Assembly: GCA_017467585.1 (NCBI GenBank) | Contig: JAFUSR010000004.1 | Span: 434,178 to 498,177, forward strand | From: Clostridia bacterium | GTDB lineage: Bacteria > Bacillota > Clostridia > Christensenellales > UBA1242 | Length of the DNA stretch: 64,000 bases | Direction: 5' to 3' | Part shown: positions 38,373 through 48,013 of the stretch, one piece after another | How the letters are laid out: every line of letters begins with the position of its first letter | Position numbering within the stretch: the stretch's first letter is position 1 | Position numbers and translations under genes: made by a program | The notes under the pieces: generated by a model | What the model was told of the DNA's origin: nothing | What the model saw: the letters and a program-made list of their open reading frames with translations, nothing else | Databases searched by the model: none

Positions 38373-38687
38373 ATGGAAGAAATTTCTCAAGGCATGTTAG
38401 AAGATATGATAGACTCTGACCAAACACTTGTTGTAGATTTTTATGCCAGCTGGTGTGGTCCATGCAAAATGATGCACCCAGTAATAGAAAAAGAGGGCGA
38501 AAAGCACAAAAATGTGAAGTTTGTTAGAGTAAACGTTGAAGATGCTTATGATTTTTGCGAAAAAAATAATATTGCAAGCATTCCAACAATAATAGTTTAT
38601 AAAAATAAAAAAGAAACAAACAGAACAATGGGGTTGATGAGCTCCGACGACTTCCATCAATTCATTGAACTGTCAATTAATCAATAA
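38373..38687 (+). CDS. trxA: Thioredoxin
   Basis: 104 aa, WCGPC active site. Confidence 0.9.
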   Translation: MEEISQGMLEDMIDSDQTLVVDFYASWCGPCKMMHPVIEKEGEKHKNVKFVRVNVEDAYDFCEKNNIASIPTIIVYKNKKETNRTMGLMSSDDFHQFIELSINQ

Positions 38688-38776
38688 AATTGCACAAAAA
38701 GCACAAGATTTTTGTCAAAACCATGGTTGCCATGGCAAAAAAACGCAAAATTTTGTGTTTTTTTGTTTTTTAAATA

Positions 38777-38805
38777 TTGACAATACATTTTTGTGATGCT
38801 ACAAT
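38777..38805 (+). promoter_or_regulatory. SigA-type promoter of nifS-nifU (TTGACA-17-TACAAT)
   Basis: TTGACA 38777-38782, 17-nt spacer, TACAAT 38800-38805. Confidence 0.6.
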
Positions 38806-38834
38806 AACATCAGCAACAAAAAAAGGAGAAACTT

Positions 38835-40019
38835 ATGGAAAAGAGAAAAACCGTATATCTAGATAACGCTGCCACAACACAAATCTCTAGCGAAGTTTAT
38901 CGCGACATGATTGACGCATATGGCAAGTTATATGGAAACAACTCAAGCCTATATTCTCTTGGCAGAGAAGCTGACTATGCTTTAGAGCAGGCTAGAGAAA
39001 AGGTTGCAAAAGCAATTGGCGCAAACCCAAATGAAATCTATTTCACATCTGGTGGAACAGAGGCCGACAACTGGGCAATTAAAGGAATTGCAAGAGCAAA
39101 CCGTCACAAAGGCAACCACATCATCACATCAGCAATCGAACACCCAGCAATTCTAGAAAGCTGCAAAGCTCTAGAAAAAGAGGGCTTCAGAGTAACCTAT
39201 GTTCCAGTAGACGAGTTTGGTGTAGTTAAATATGCCGAAATCATCAAAGCCATGGGTCCAGACACAATTCTTATCAGCATCATGACAGCAAACAACGAAG
39301 TAGGAACAATCGAGCCAATTCGTGCCATTGCGGAGCTTGCTCGTGCAAACGACGTAATCTTCCACACTGATGCCGTTCAAGCAATTGGTGCAGTAGACAT
39401 CAATGTTAAAGAAATGAAAATTGATGCAATGAGCATTTCTGGTCACAAGCTTTATGGACCAAAGGGAACAGGCGCACTTTATGTTAGAAAAGGTGTAAAA
39501 ATTGACAAACTTCTCGACGGCGGCAGCCAAGAACGCGGCATGCGTTCTGGAACAGTTAACGTTCCTGCATTTGTAGGCTTTGGAAAGGCTATCGAAAAGG
39601 CAACCGAAAACATAGAAGAAAACAACAAATACCTTCGTTCGGTCAGAAGATATTTCTTAAAAACTCTCAGCGAAAGAGTTCATAACATTGCACTTAATGG
39701 CCACCCAACACAACGTCTTGCCGGAAACGCAAGCGTAAGCTTTGAAGGTGCCGAAGGCGAAGCAATCTTAATGCTTCTCGACAAAGAGGGCATCAGCGTT
39801 TCAACTGGTTCTGCTTGTGCAGCAGGCAACTTAGAGCCAAGCCACGTTCTTCTTGCAATGGGCAAAACCGAAGAAGCTCAAAACACAATTCGTTTTAGCT
39901 TTGGTCTTAATAACACAAAAGAAGACGTCGACTATGTTGTAGCAAAACTTCAAAAAGTCGTAAAGAAGCTCAGAAGCATCTCAGCAATCAGAATTTATAA
40001 AAACAAGGTGGAATTATAA
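38835..40019 (+). CDS. nifS: Cysteine desulfurase (NifS/IscS type)
   Basis: PLP lysine in SISGHKLYGPKG, catalytic Cys loop STGSACAAG. Confidence 0.9.
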   Translation: MEKRKTVYLDNAATTQISSEVYRDMIDAYGKLYGNNSSLYSLGREADYALEQAREKVAKAIGANPNEIYFTSGGTEADNWAIKGIARANRHKGNHIITSAIEHPAILESCKALEKEGFRVTYVPVDEFGVVKYAEIIKAMGPDTILISIMTANNEVGTIEPIRAIAELARANDVIFHTDAVQAIGAVDINVKEMKIDAMSISGHKLYGPKGTGALYVRKGVKIDKLLDGGSQERGMRSGTVNVPAFVGFGKAIEKATENIEENNKYLRSVRRYFLKTLSERVHNIALNGHPTQRLAGNASVSFEGAEGEAILMLLDKEGISVSTGSACAAGNLEPSHVLLAMGKTEEAQNTIRFSFGLNNTKEDVDYVVAKLQKVVKKLRSISAIRIYKNKVEL

Positions 40020-40020
40020 T

Positions 40021-40416
40021 ATGTATAGTCAAAAAGTTTTAGATATATTTTATGACCCACAAAATGTTGGTGTAATCAAAGGCGCAAATGGCGTAGGCAA
40101 AGTTGTTGACGACACATGCGGCGAAATCTTAAAAATTTATGTAACACTCGATGGTTCAAAAGTTGTTGATGCAAAATTCCAAGCTTATGGTTCTCCTGCA
40201 GCAATTGCAGCAACAGCATCTGCAACAGCACTTATTCTTGGCAAGACATTAGAAGAGGTTTCAAAAATCACAGCTGATCAAATTTTGGCTGAACTTGGTG
40301 GCGAACTTCCAGACAACAAAAAATATGTTTGTCCACTTGCTGAAAAAGCTCTTCACAACTTAATTGCAAATTGCCACAAAAAAGCAAATGGCAAAGCAAC
40401 AGACGACGAAGAATAA
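40021..40416 (+). CDS. nifU: IscU/NifU-like Fe-S scaffold protein (variant)
   Basis: 131 aa. DDTCGE and VCPLAEKAL Cys motifs. The central motif reads YGSPAAIAATAS, with Ser where IscU has Cys. Confidence 0.8.
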   Translation: MYSQKVLDIFYDPQNVGVIKGANGVGKVVDDTCGEILKIYVTLDGSKVVDAKFQAYGSPAAIAATASATALILGKTLEEVSKITADQILAELGGELPDNKKYVCPLAEKALHNLIANCHKKANGKATDDEE

Positions 40417-40436
40417 ATTAATTTCAAAAAACAACA

Positions 40437-40470
40437 AAATCTGCGAAAAAATCGCAGATTTTTAGTTTTT
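40437..40470 (+). terminator. Intrinsic terminator
   Basis: AAATCTGCGA-AAAAA-TCGCAGATTT then TTAGTTTTT. Confidence 0.75.
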
Positions 40471-40593
40471 ATGTCAAATTTTTATGTCATAAAACATATT
40501 TTTGCAGTTTTTTGTGCTTGATGATTTATAAAAACCACAAAAAATTGCATAATATTTCATTTTTTGCAAACACTAGCAACCAAGGAGGAATCT

Positions 40594-40806
40594 ATGGAAG
40601 ATTTTTTAAAGTGTGGAATAGTGTGCCTAGGCATTGGCATGGTGATTGGTGGAATAATTGTTGCAAAAAACAAAAAAATGGCCACCCAAATTGATGAAGG
40701 AACAGACAAAATTGCAGAAAAATTTGAAGAGGTAAAAGATTCGGCTAAAGAAAAATTTGAAGAAATGAAACAAAAGAACAAAAAGCAAACAAAAGCGAAA
40801 AATTAA
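40594..40806 (+). CDS. Small membrane-anchored protein (YtxH-like architecture)
   Basis: 70 aa from ATG 40594 (AAGGAGG upstream). One TM helix, then a Lys/Glu-rich helix. Confidence 0.55.
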   Translation: MEDFLKCGIVCLGIGMVIGGIIVAKNKKMATQIDEGTDKIAEKFEEVKDSAKEKFEEMKQKNKKQTKAKN

Positions 40807-40885
40807 ATTAATGTGGTCAAAAACGATAGACAATAACAAAAATTTTATGTTACTATATATTCAGTAAACTAAGTGAGAGAGGCAA

Positions 40886-41296
40886 ATGAAATTACTTGGC
40901 CTAGACGTAGGAACAGTTCGCATTGGTGTTGCCACCAGCGACATAATGCAAATAATTGCATCGCCTTATGAAGTATATAAAAGGCGAACACCATATCTAG
41001 ACACGAGATATATTGTTGAACTTGCCGAAAAGTTAGAAGCAGAAAAAATTGTTTTTGGTCTTCCACTTAAACTTGACGGAACAGAGGGTGACAGCGCAAA
41101 AATGGCGCGAGACCTTGCCCAAAGAGTTTCTGAGCAAACTAGTTTACCAATAGTTTTTCAAGATGAAAGGCTTTCAACAGTTTCAGCAGAGCGAATTTTG
41201 ATTGAAACTGGCAATCGCAGAGACAAGCGAAAAGACAAAATTGATGCAATTGCTGCGACAATCATATTGCAAAACTATATTGACAAAGTCAAATAA
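40886..41296 (+). CDS. ruvX: Holliday-junction resolvase-like pre-16S rRNA nuclease RuvX (YqgF)
   Basis: LGLDVGTVRIGVA, ERLSTVSAE, IDAIAATIILQNY. Confidence 0.9.
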   Translation: MKLLGLDVGTVRIGVATSDIMQIIASPYEVYKRRTPYLDTRYIVELAEKLEAEKIVFGLPLKLDGTEGDSAKMARDLAQRVSEQTSLPIVFQDERLSTVSAERILIETGNRRDKRKDKIDAIAATIILQNYIDKVK

Positions 41297-41309
41297 AAGG
41301 AGAATTATC

Positions 41310-41648
41310 ATGGCAGAAGAAACAAAAATCAATGGCGAAAAAGTTCCAGATTCACTTGACCACATGAACAATGACGACGACGATATTGTAACACTTATGT
41401 CAGCAAACGGCGAAGAAATTCAATTTGTAGAAATCGCAGGCATTGCATATCGTGGAAATTTCTATGCAATTTTGCAACCAGTAGAACTTCTTGACGGAAT
41501 GGAAGAAGACGAAGCGCTTGTGTTTAAAGTAACTCGTGGCAAAGATGGCGAAGATAAATTCGAAGTAGAACTCGACGACACTGTCATCGATGCAGTTTTT
41601 GTTGAATATAACAGACTTCTCGACGAAGCAGAAGACCAAACAAAATAG
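41310..41648 (+). CDS. DUF1292 family protein
   Basis: ATG 41310 after AGGAG. Acidic ~112 aa (NGEEIQFVEIAGIAYRGNFYAILQP). Usual partner downstream of ruvX. Confidence 0.7.
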   Translation: MAEETKINGEKVPDSLDHMNNDDDDIVTLMSANGEEIQFVEIAGIAYRGNFYAILQPVELLDGMEEDEALVFKVTRGKDGEDKFEVELDDTVIDAVFVEYNRLLDEAEDQTK

Positions 41649-41673
41649 TTTGCTATTGTAGTCACATAAAAAT

Positions 41674-41701
41674 GTCACCATTTTTTTTGGTGACTTTTTT
41701 G
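41674..41701 (+). terminator. Intrinsic terminator
   Basis: GTCACC-loop-GGTGAC then TTTTTTG. Confidence 0.65.
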
Positions 41702-41802
41702 TTACAAAAAATTATTTGTGACGGTATAATATTGACGCAAATGCCATGTTATAGTATAATAATATTATAAAAAATATGGTGAATTAAAGTGGAGGTTTCA
41801 AA

Positions 41803-43839
41803 ATGGCAGATTTATGTTACATGATAGATAGTGCTGACAACTTAAGAATAATGCCTAGACAACTTGTAGAACATTGGTATGACGTAACTCTTCGTGGCAC
41901 GCTAAAGGCCATGGGTCAAGAAGATTTAGCCAATGCTGATGCAGAAACAATAAAAAAAGAAGTCCCAAAATTCTTCGACGGTGAACAAGGTGCAGAGTTA
42001 AAGAGAATCACAGACTATTACACAACAATATTGAACTGGACAACAAAACCAGTTATCGAATTTAACAAGGTGATTGTTCTTTCATCAATGCTTTCTGATG
42101 AAAACTTTTTAAATGAACATAAAAAACTTTTAAAAGACAAACAAATTTTAGTGGCGTTAAATCCAATTGCATGCCCTTATCAAAGCCTTGAAAAACAAAC
42201 CCCAGATGAAATCTTTGAAGCATTTAAAACAATTCGAATTGTTAGCAACGCAAACGACTTGATATACACTAAAAGAAGCACAGATGGAAAATATGATGTG
42301 CACGTTACTGACGATAGTGCTGCAACTCAAGAACAAGATTTGTCACACAAAATAGAAGACTTAATTCCTTTATCACACAAAATGAGAACAAAACAATTTG
42401 CTTCAATTAAATTTCTAGAAAATTATGACGGTGAAGTTGAATATAGTTTTAATGAACTGTTTGTGGCAAACGCAAAGATTGATGATGTTGTTAATTTTAT
42501 CAAAACCCATAAAAACTTGTCTCCATATGAAAAGTTTTTCTTGGCTTATAAATACGTTTACGGAACCAACAGATATCAAGAAGAAGGAGAAGACGATCCA
42601 AACGAAATAAGTCGATCTCTTCTTAGCATTTTAAATGGCGACAAAATTGTTTGCGCAGGCAAGGCTAATCTTCTTAAGGCAATTCTTGACAAACTGGAAA
42701 TCCCGGCAGTATATCGTGGCTGTAGTGGTCACGCCATTTGTACACTTGCACTAAACGACCCTAAATATAATATTTTTGGAATCTACGATTGCGACCCAAC
42801 AAACATCAAAGATCCACGTTTAGTTGACGACAGTAATCCAATTTATGAAGAAATTTTTGTTAAAATTGATTGGATGAGTGAACTTTCAGAAGAGTCAAAA
42901 AAATATTTGATGGAAAAATCTGGATTAAGCAAATTGCCATCAGAAGTTTTACAGGGGTCGTCACAACGATTTTCTCAAAGAGATCAAGGCATTATCATTT
43001 CAAAAAAACTTTGTTGGGACTTGAGCCTAGAGGCAAGACAACGCTGGAAAAAAACAATTATTGAATTTGAAGAAAGAGTAAAACAGCGCATCGAAGAAGG
43101 CAAAATTGATGAATTATATGAGAAAGTCATGGGTGTCTATCAACAATATAACAACACCACAGAAGGGAGTTATATAAAAGGAAAATTTGTTGCTGATATT
43201 AAAAATCTTTTGCGTGAATATGAAGACATTAAAAAATCTTGGCGAATAATTCAAGAAAAAAGAGAAATGGATAAAAAGTATGCTGCTGAAAATCAAGATG
43301 TTTCTACCAATCTACCAGAGTTAGACATGTCTGGTTTTGATGGTGAACCATTAGATGATGCAGGGCTTTTTAATCAAAGACGCGACCTTGGGTATGAGTT
43401 TGATGCAGACGATGCAGAGTACTATCTAACTAAGCTCATTGGAATCAACTTAGACGAAGAATCGGTAAAAAAGGCACTTGAAAGCTATAACCAAAAAATA
43501 ATTGATGCATGCAACAATAATATTGAAGCATATCAGTTGTTAGATTCTAAACGGGGAACAATATTAATTCCTGCTGAAGAAAAAATTTTAAGACTCTCTC
43601 GAATCATGGCGATGCTCGAAGAAGCTCATGCAAGAGATGATAAAACATTAGTAGGGGAACTGTTTGCCGCTGTAAAAATAGATGGCTTAGAAACATGGTT
43701 TTCAAATCCAGAGCAAATAAGATTAAATGAGCAAGAAATAAGGGAAGCCGCAAAAAAAGCAGGGCTCGAAAGAGTAGACGAGGTTTTGGAATTTCTGCGA
43801 AATCCAAATGCCCAAACGCAATATTCAACAATGGAATAA
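41803..43839 (+). CDS. Large cytoplasmic protein with a transglutaminase-like Cys-His-Asp core, paralogue A
   Basis: 678 aa. RBS GGAGG. No signal peptide. Core KIVCAGKANLLKAILDKLEIPAVYRGCSGHAICT..YDCDPTN. Confidence 0.7.
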   Translation: MADLCYMIDSADNLRIMPRQLVEHWYDVTLRGTLKAMGQEDLANADAETIKKEVPKFFDGEQGAELKRITDYYTTILNWTTKPVIEFNKVIVLSSMLSDENFLNEHKKLLKDKQILVALNPIACPYQSLEKQTPDEIFEAFKTIRIVSNANDLIYTKRSTDGKYDVHVTDDSAATQEQDLSHKIEDLIPLSHKMRTKQFASIKFLENYDGEVEYSFNELFVANAKIDDVVNFIKTHKNLSPYEKFFLAYKYVYGTNRYQEEGEDDPNEISRSLLSILNGDKIVCAGKANLLKAILDKLEIPAVYRGCSGHAICTLALNDPKYNIFGIYDCDPTNIKDPRLVDDSNPIYEEIFVKIDWMSELSEESKKYLMEKSGLSKLPSEVLQGSSQRFSQRDQGIIISKKLCWDLSLEARQRWKKTIIEFEERVKQRIEEGKIDELYEKVMGVYQQYNNTTEGSYIKGKFVADIKNLLREYEDIKKSWRIIQEKREMDKKYAAENQDVSTNLPELDMSGFDGEPLDDAGLFNQRRDLGYEFDADDAEYYLTKLIGINLDEESVKKALESYNQKIIDACNNNIEAYQLLDSKRGTILIPAEEKILRLSRIMAMLEEAHARDDKTLVGELFAAVKIDGLETWFSNPEQIRLNEQEIREAAKKAGLERVDEVLEFLRNPNAQTQYSTME

Positions 43840-43850
43840 TAAACAAACAA

Positions 43851-43881
43851 AAAATCACTCAGGTGGCGGGTGATTTTTTTT
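43851..43881 (+). terminator. Intrinsic terminator (paralogous to 45936..45966)
   Basis: AAAATCACTC-AGGTGGC-GGGTGATTTTTTTT. Confidence 0.7.
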
Positions 43882-43963
43882 GTTCTCCCACTAACTATTG
43901 ACTGCTGCCGCTCTTTATGATATAATATTATCATAAAAATATGTGCAAAAACGGGAGGTTGTC

Positions 43964-45928
43964 ATGGAAGTTTGTTATATTGTTAATAAAGACAAAAACA
44001 CCCTTGAAATATATCCAAAGGGTTTGGTTCAACATGAATTGTTTCGTCAACTAGCTCTTGGAATAAAAATGGCAAATCCCAACTTTGATTCTACAAGTGA
44101 AATCGAAATAAACAAAGAAATTGAAAAAATAAATCGTTCAAATGATCAAGAGCTCATCGATTTAATAAATGAAACGAAAAAAGATTTTGATGAAATGTTG
44201 AATTCAACAACAATTCCGAGTGAACAATTTGGCAAAGTTATTGTTTTTTCTGGGCTGCTTAGAAATTCTGAATTTTTAGAAGAAAACAAACAATTATTAA
44301 ATAACAAACACCTTCTTGTTGCTTTAAATGCTTTGTCTTTCAGCTATTCTTCAACAGATGGTGATGATAACTTGAAAAATTCTTCTATTATTGATGTGGT
44401 AAGTTACACTAACGATGATGATGATCCACTTAAGGACATCCAAAAGCAAAATTTAGAGTCAAAGATTTTTGACTTGTTGCCTATTATTGACAAGATTAAG
44501 TTCAGATCGATTAGATTTTTAGAAAATTACGATAGCAAAATTACATATTCTTTTGAAGAATTAATGACTGCTGATAAAAAGATTGAACAAGTGGTGAAAG
44601 TCATAAATTCATATAAAAACCTTTCCCCATACGAAAAATTTTGCATGGCATATTGCTATGTTAATGAATATCAATACAACAAGGTTGAAGAATCATATTC
44701 AGCAGAAATAAGCAGATCGCTTTTGTCAATACTAAATAGCAACAAAATTGTTTGCGCAGGCAAGGCTAATCTTCTTAAGGCAATTCTAGATAAATTAGAT
44801 ATCCCTTCTATATATCGTGGTTGTGATGGTCATGCCATTTGCACGGTTGCAATCAACGACCCCAAATATAACATCTTTGGCATATATAATTGTGATCCAA
44901 CAAACATCACAGATCCAAATTTGTTTGACGACAAAAATCCACTTTATAAAGATCTTTTTGTAAATGTAAAGTGGATAAACAAATTAACTCATAGCCAAGA
45001 ATATTATTTGATGAGAGACTCCAAATTAAATTCAATGCCACAACAAGTATTGCAGGAGTCGACCAAACGATTTGCAAAACGTGACGAATTACTTAAATTG
45101 TTAACCTCAACAGAAAGACACGCAATTCCATCATTTAAAGATAGGGTTGGTTTTAAAGGAACTTTTCAAAAATTAACCAACATTATAAATGATGTATTGC
45201 AAGAAACAGACACCAATGATCAAATTTTCGAAAGAATAAAAAAATGGAAAGGGGCTGTCACAGGCATACAAAAAGATTATAATATCAAAACTGGTGAGGT
45301 TTCTCACGTGATTGACAATGTTCATCATTATTTCGAAATCAAAAAATCATGGCAGCTACTTAAAGAAAGACTGCAGAGGGAACAAGCAGGGCAGCCACTT
45401 ACTGCAGATGAAGAATTTGTGATTCGTCATTCTGCTGAGTTTGAAGAAATGGGATTGCTAAATTCAAATGTAGAAAGTCAAGAATTTAATTCTGTCTATG
45501 CCGAAAGATATTTGCAAAATTGCAACATAAAACCAACAGAAGAAGCGGTTGCACAAGCCCTTGAACAACTCAAACAAAAAATAACTGTTGCTTGTGAAGA
45601 AATTAATAAAATTTATGAGCCATTAGACAATCAAATAGAAGGTGCAGATCAGCTAGAAAGCAAACCATTAATCAACATTTCAAATGCACTAAGAGCTTTG
45701 TCTGAAGCCCATGCAACCAAAAACGAATCAAAGTCTAAAGCAATTTTAATTGGTGCACGCCTCGACGGAATAAGAACCTGGGAAGATAATCCAACTAAGA
45801 GAAAAAAGATAGAAGAAGATTGGCGAAAAATTGCAATAGAAAATGGCCTCAATCCAGACGAGATTTTGCCAACACTAGATCATCCAGACTTCACGGCTCA
45901 ACCTCAATCTTCAACAAGGGAAGAATAA
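43964..45928 (+). CDS. Large cytoplasmic protein with a transglutaminase-like Cys-His-Asp core, paralogue B
   Basis: 654 aa from ATG 43964 (GGGAGG upstream; the track start 43943 is GTG). Core KIVCAGKANLLKAILDKLDIPSIYRGCDGHAICT..YNCDPTN. Confidence 0.7.
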   Translation: MEVCYIVNKDKNTLEIYPKGLVQHELFRQLALGIKMANPNFDSTSEIEINKEIEKINRSNDQELIDLINETKKDFDEMLNSTTIPSEQFGKVIVFSGLLRNSEFLEENKQLLNNKHLLVALNALSFSYSSTDGDDNLKNSSIIDVVSYTNDDDDPLKDIQKQNLESKIFDLLPIIDKIKFRSIRFLENYDSKITYSFEELMTADKKIEQVVKVINSYKNLSPYEKFCMAYCYVNEYQYNKVEESYSAEISRSLLSILNSNKIVCAGKANLLKAILDKLDIPSIYRGCDGHAICTVAINDPKYNIFGIYNCDPTNITDPNLFDDKNPLYKDLFVNVKWINKLTHSQEYYLMRDSKLNSMPQQVLQESTKRFAKRDELLKLLTSTERHAIPSFKDRVGFKGTFQKLTNIINDVLQETDTNDQIFERIKKWKGAVTGIQKDYNIKTGEVSHVIDNVHHYFEIKKSWQLLKERLQREQAGQPLTADEEFVIRHSAEFEEMGLLNSNVESQEFNSVYAERYLQNCNIKPTEEAVAQALEQLKQKITVACEEINKIYEPLDNQIEGADQLESKPLINISNALRALSEAHATKNESKSKAILIGARLDGIRTWEDNPTKRKKIEEDWRKIAIENGLNPDEILPTLDHPDFTAQPQSSTREE

Positions 45929-45935
45929 ACAAACA

Positions 45936-45966
45936 AAAAATCACTCGGATGGTGGGTGATTTTTTG
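45936..45966 (+). terminator. Intrinsic terminator (paralogous to 43851..43881)
   Basis: AAAAATCACTC-GGATGGT-GGGTGATTTTTT. The preceding TAAACAAACAAAAAATCACTC is identical in both copies. Confidence 0.7.
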
Positions 45967-46147
45967 CTTGCTAAATAATTATATATAATTAACATAAAAC
46001 TACTTGCAAAAGTTTTTTTTGTGTGTTATTATAATTCACGATCACGCACCCATGTGGACAGTTTTGCTGTTGCAGTTGCTTGGTTTAAGGCGCTGTGGCA
46101 ATTCTGGATGAAGCAGGGGGAGGAAATAAACAAGGAGGAAAAAGGTT

Positions 46148-47092
46148 ATGTCAGTAGTATCAATGAGACAACTTCTAGAAGCTGGCGTTCACTTTGGTCA
46201 CCCAACAAGAAAATGGAATCCAAAGATGAAAAAATATATCTTTACTGCAAGAAACGACATTTATATTCTTGACCTAGAAATGACAGTAGGCTTAATTGAC
46301 GAAGCTTATGCATTTATCAAGAGTGTTGCTGAAAGCGGAAAGAGCATTTTGTTTGTTGGAACAAAAAAACAAGCAAAAGACGCCATCATAGAAGAAGCAA
46401 AGCGTTGTGGCCAATTCTATATGGGCAACCGCTGGCTAGGTGGCACTCTTACTAACTTTAAGACCATCAGAGCAAGAATCGATAGACTTGCCAAATTAAA
46501 CCAAATGGAACAAACAGGCGAGTTTGATTTGCTTCCAAAGAAGGAAGTTATGAAGCTTAAAGCAGAAAGAGACAAACTCGAAGAGAATCTTGGTGGAATC
46601 AAAGAAATGCATACACTTCCTGGTGCTATGTTCGTTGTTGACCCACACAAAGAATATATTGCTGTTCGCGAAGCTAGAAGCTTGGGTATTCCAATCGTTG
46701 GCCTTGTGGACACAAATTGCGACCCAGACACAGTTGACTATGTTATTCCTGGAAACGACGATGCTATTCGTGCTGTAAAACTTATTGCAGGCGCAATGGC
46801 AGATGCTGTTATCGAGGCTCGTGAAGGCGAAGAAGGCTTGGCAAGAATCAAAGCTGCCGAGGCAGAAGCAGAAGCTGCTGCAAAAGCAGAAGAAGCTCCA
46901 GCCGCTGAAGAAAAAGAAGAGGCTCCTGCAGCAGAAGAAAAAGCAGAACCAGTTGCCGAAGAAGTTCCAGCAAAACCAGCAAGAAAAAGAAAAGCTGCTG
47001 CAACTGAAGAAGTAGCAGAAGCTCCAGCAGCCGAAGAAAAACCTGCAAAGAGAACAAGAAAAACAGCAAAAACTGAAGAAGTTCAAGAATAA
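46148..47092 (+). CDS. rpsB: 30S ribosomal protein uS2 with an Ala/Glu/Lys-rich C-terminal tail
   Basis: [19 protein letters not shown]. About 80 aa low-complexity tail ([29 protein letters not shown]...). Confidence 0.95.
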   Translation: MSVVSMRQLLEAGVHFGHPTRKWNPKMKKYIFTARNDIYILDLEMTVGLIDEAYAFIKSVAESGKSILFVGTKKQAKDAIIEEAKRCGQFYMGNRWLGGTLTNFKTIRARIDRLAKLNQMEQTGEFDLLPKKEVMKLKAERDKLEENLGGIKEMHTLPGAMFVVDPHKEYIAVREARSLGIPIVGLVDTNCDPDTVDYVIPGNDDAIRAVKLIAGAMADAVIEAREGEEGLARIKAAEAEAEAAAKAEEAPAAEEKEEAPAAEEKAEPVAEEVPAKPARKRKAAATEEVAEAPAAEEKPAKRTRKTAKTEEVQE

Positions 47093-47115
47093 TAGTTAAA
47101 GGAGAACCAAAACAA

Positions 47116-47766
47116 ATGGCATTTACAGCAAAAGATGTAGTAAATTTGAGAGAAAAAACTGGTGCAGGAATGCTAGACTGCAAACAAGCTCTCACCGAAA
47201 CAAATGGCGACATAGACAAGGCAGTTGAATATCTCCGCAAAAAAGGTGTTGCTTCTGCCAGCAAAAAAGCTGGAAGAGTAGCAGCCGAAGGTGCAGTATT
47301 CTCTTACATCCACATGGGTGGAAAGATTGGTGTGCTTCTTGAACTCAATTGCGAAACAGACTTTGTTGCAAAAAGTGACGCGTTCCAAGAACTCGGTCAC
47401 GACATTGCTCTTCAAATCGCAGCAGCAGCTCCAAAGTATGTAAGCCGTGAAGAAGTTGACCCATCTGAACTTGCAAAAGAACAAGAAATTTTGCGTGCTC
47501 AAGCACTTAACGAAGGCAAACCAGAAGCTGTTGTTGAAAAAATGCTTGCCGGCAGAATTAACAAGTTCTATAAAGATGTATGTCTTTTAGACCAAGAGTA
47601 CGTAAAGGACAACACAAAAACAATTCAAGCAGTGGTTAACGAAGCCATTGCAAAAATTGGCGAAAAGATTTCAGTTCGCAGATTTGTTCGCTACGTAATG
47701 GGCGAAGGCCTTGAAAAGAGAAATGATAACCTTGCAGAAGAAGTTGCAAAAACTCTTAAAGCATAG
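47116..47766 (+). CDS. tsf: Translation elongation factor Ts (short form)
   Basis: 216 aa. N-terminal UBA-like [26 protein letters not shown]. Confidence 0.95.
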   Translation: MAFTAKDVVNLREKTGAGMLDCKQALTETNGDIDKAVEYLRKKGVASASKKAGRVAAEGAVFSYIHMGGKIGVLLELNCETDFVAKSDAFQELGHDIALQIAAAAPKYVSREEVDPSELAKEQEILRAQALNEGKPEAVVEKMLAGRINKFYKDVCLLDQEYVKDNTKTIQAVVNEAIAKIGEKISVRRFVRYVMGEGLEKRNDNLAEEVAKTLKA

Positions 47767-47780
47767 TTAATCAAAAGTTC

Positions 47781-47810
47781 AAAACACAGCTTAAAGGCTG
47801 TGTTTTTTTG
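47781..47810 (+). terminator. Intrinsic terminator
   Basis: AAAACACAGC-TTAAAG-GCTGTGTTTTTTT. Confidence 0.75.
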
Positions 47811-48013
47811 TTGTCTGTTTTTATATGTTGAAAAGTCATTAAAAAAGTACAATTTCATTTTAAAGTCGAAAATTATGTCTAAAACGCAAGAAATTAAAAT
47901 TTATATGGTGAAATATTTAAAAAATTTTTCGTAAACCCTATTGACAAATTTGGGCGAAAATGCTATAATAAGCTCGTAAATAAGATAAACCTAATAATTA
48001 AGGAGAAAAAACA

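Noticed and set aside
46021-46272. Track ORF of 83 aa overlapping the rpsB start
   Set aside because: It has a GTG start with no RBS and covers the rpsB leader and RBS. rpsB is certain in the other frame.
46496-47264. Antisense ORFs of 196 aa and 138 aa, and + strand alternative-frame ORFs, over the rpsB tail
   Set aside because: They are low-complexity products generated by the GAA/GCA-rich repeat of the uS2 tail, and they lie inside a certain ribosomal protein gene.
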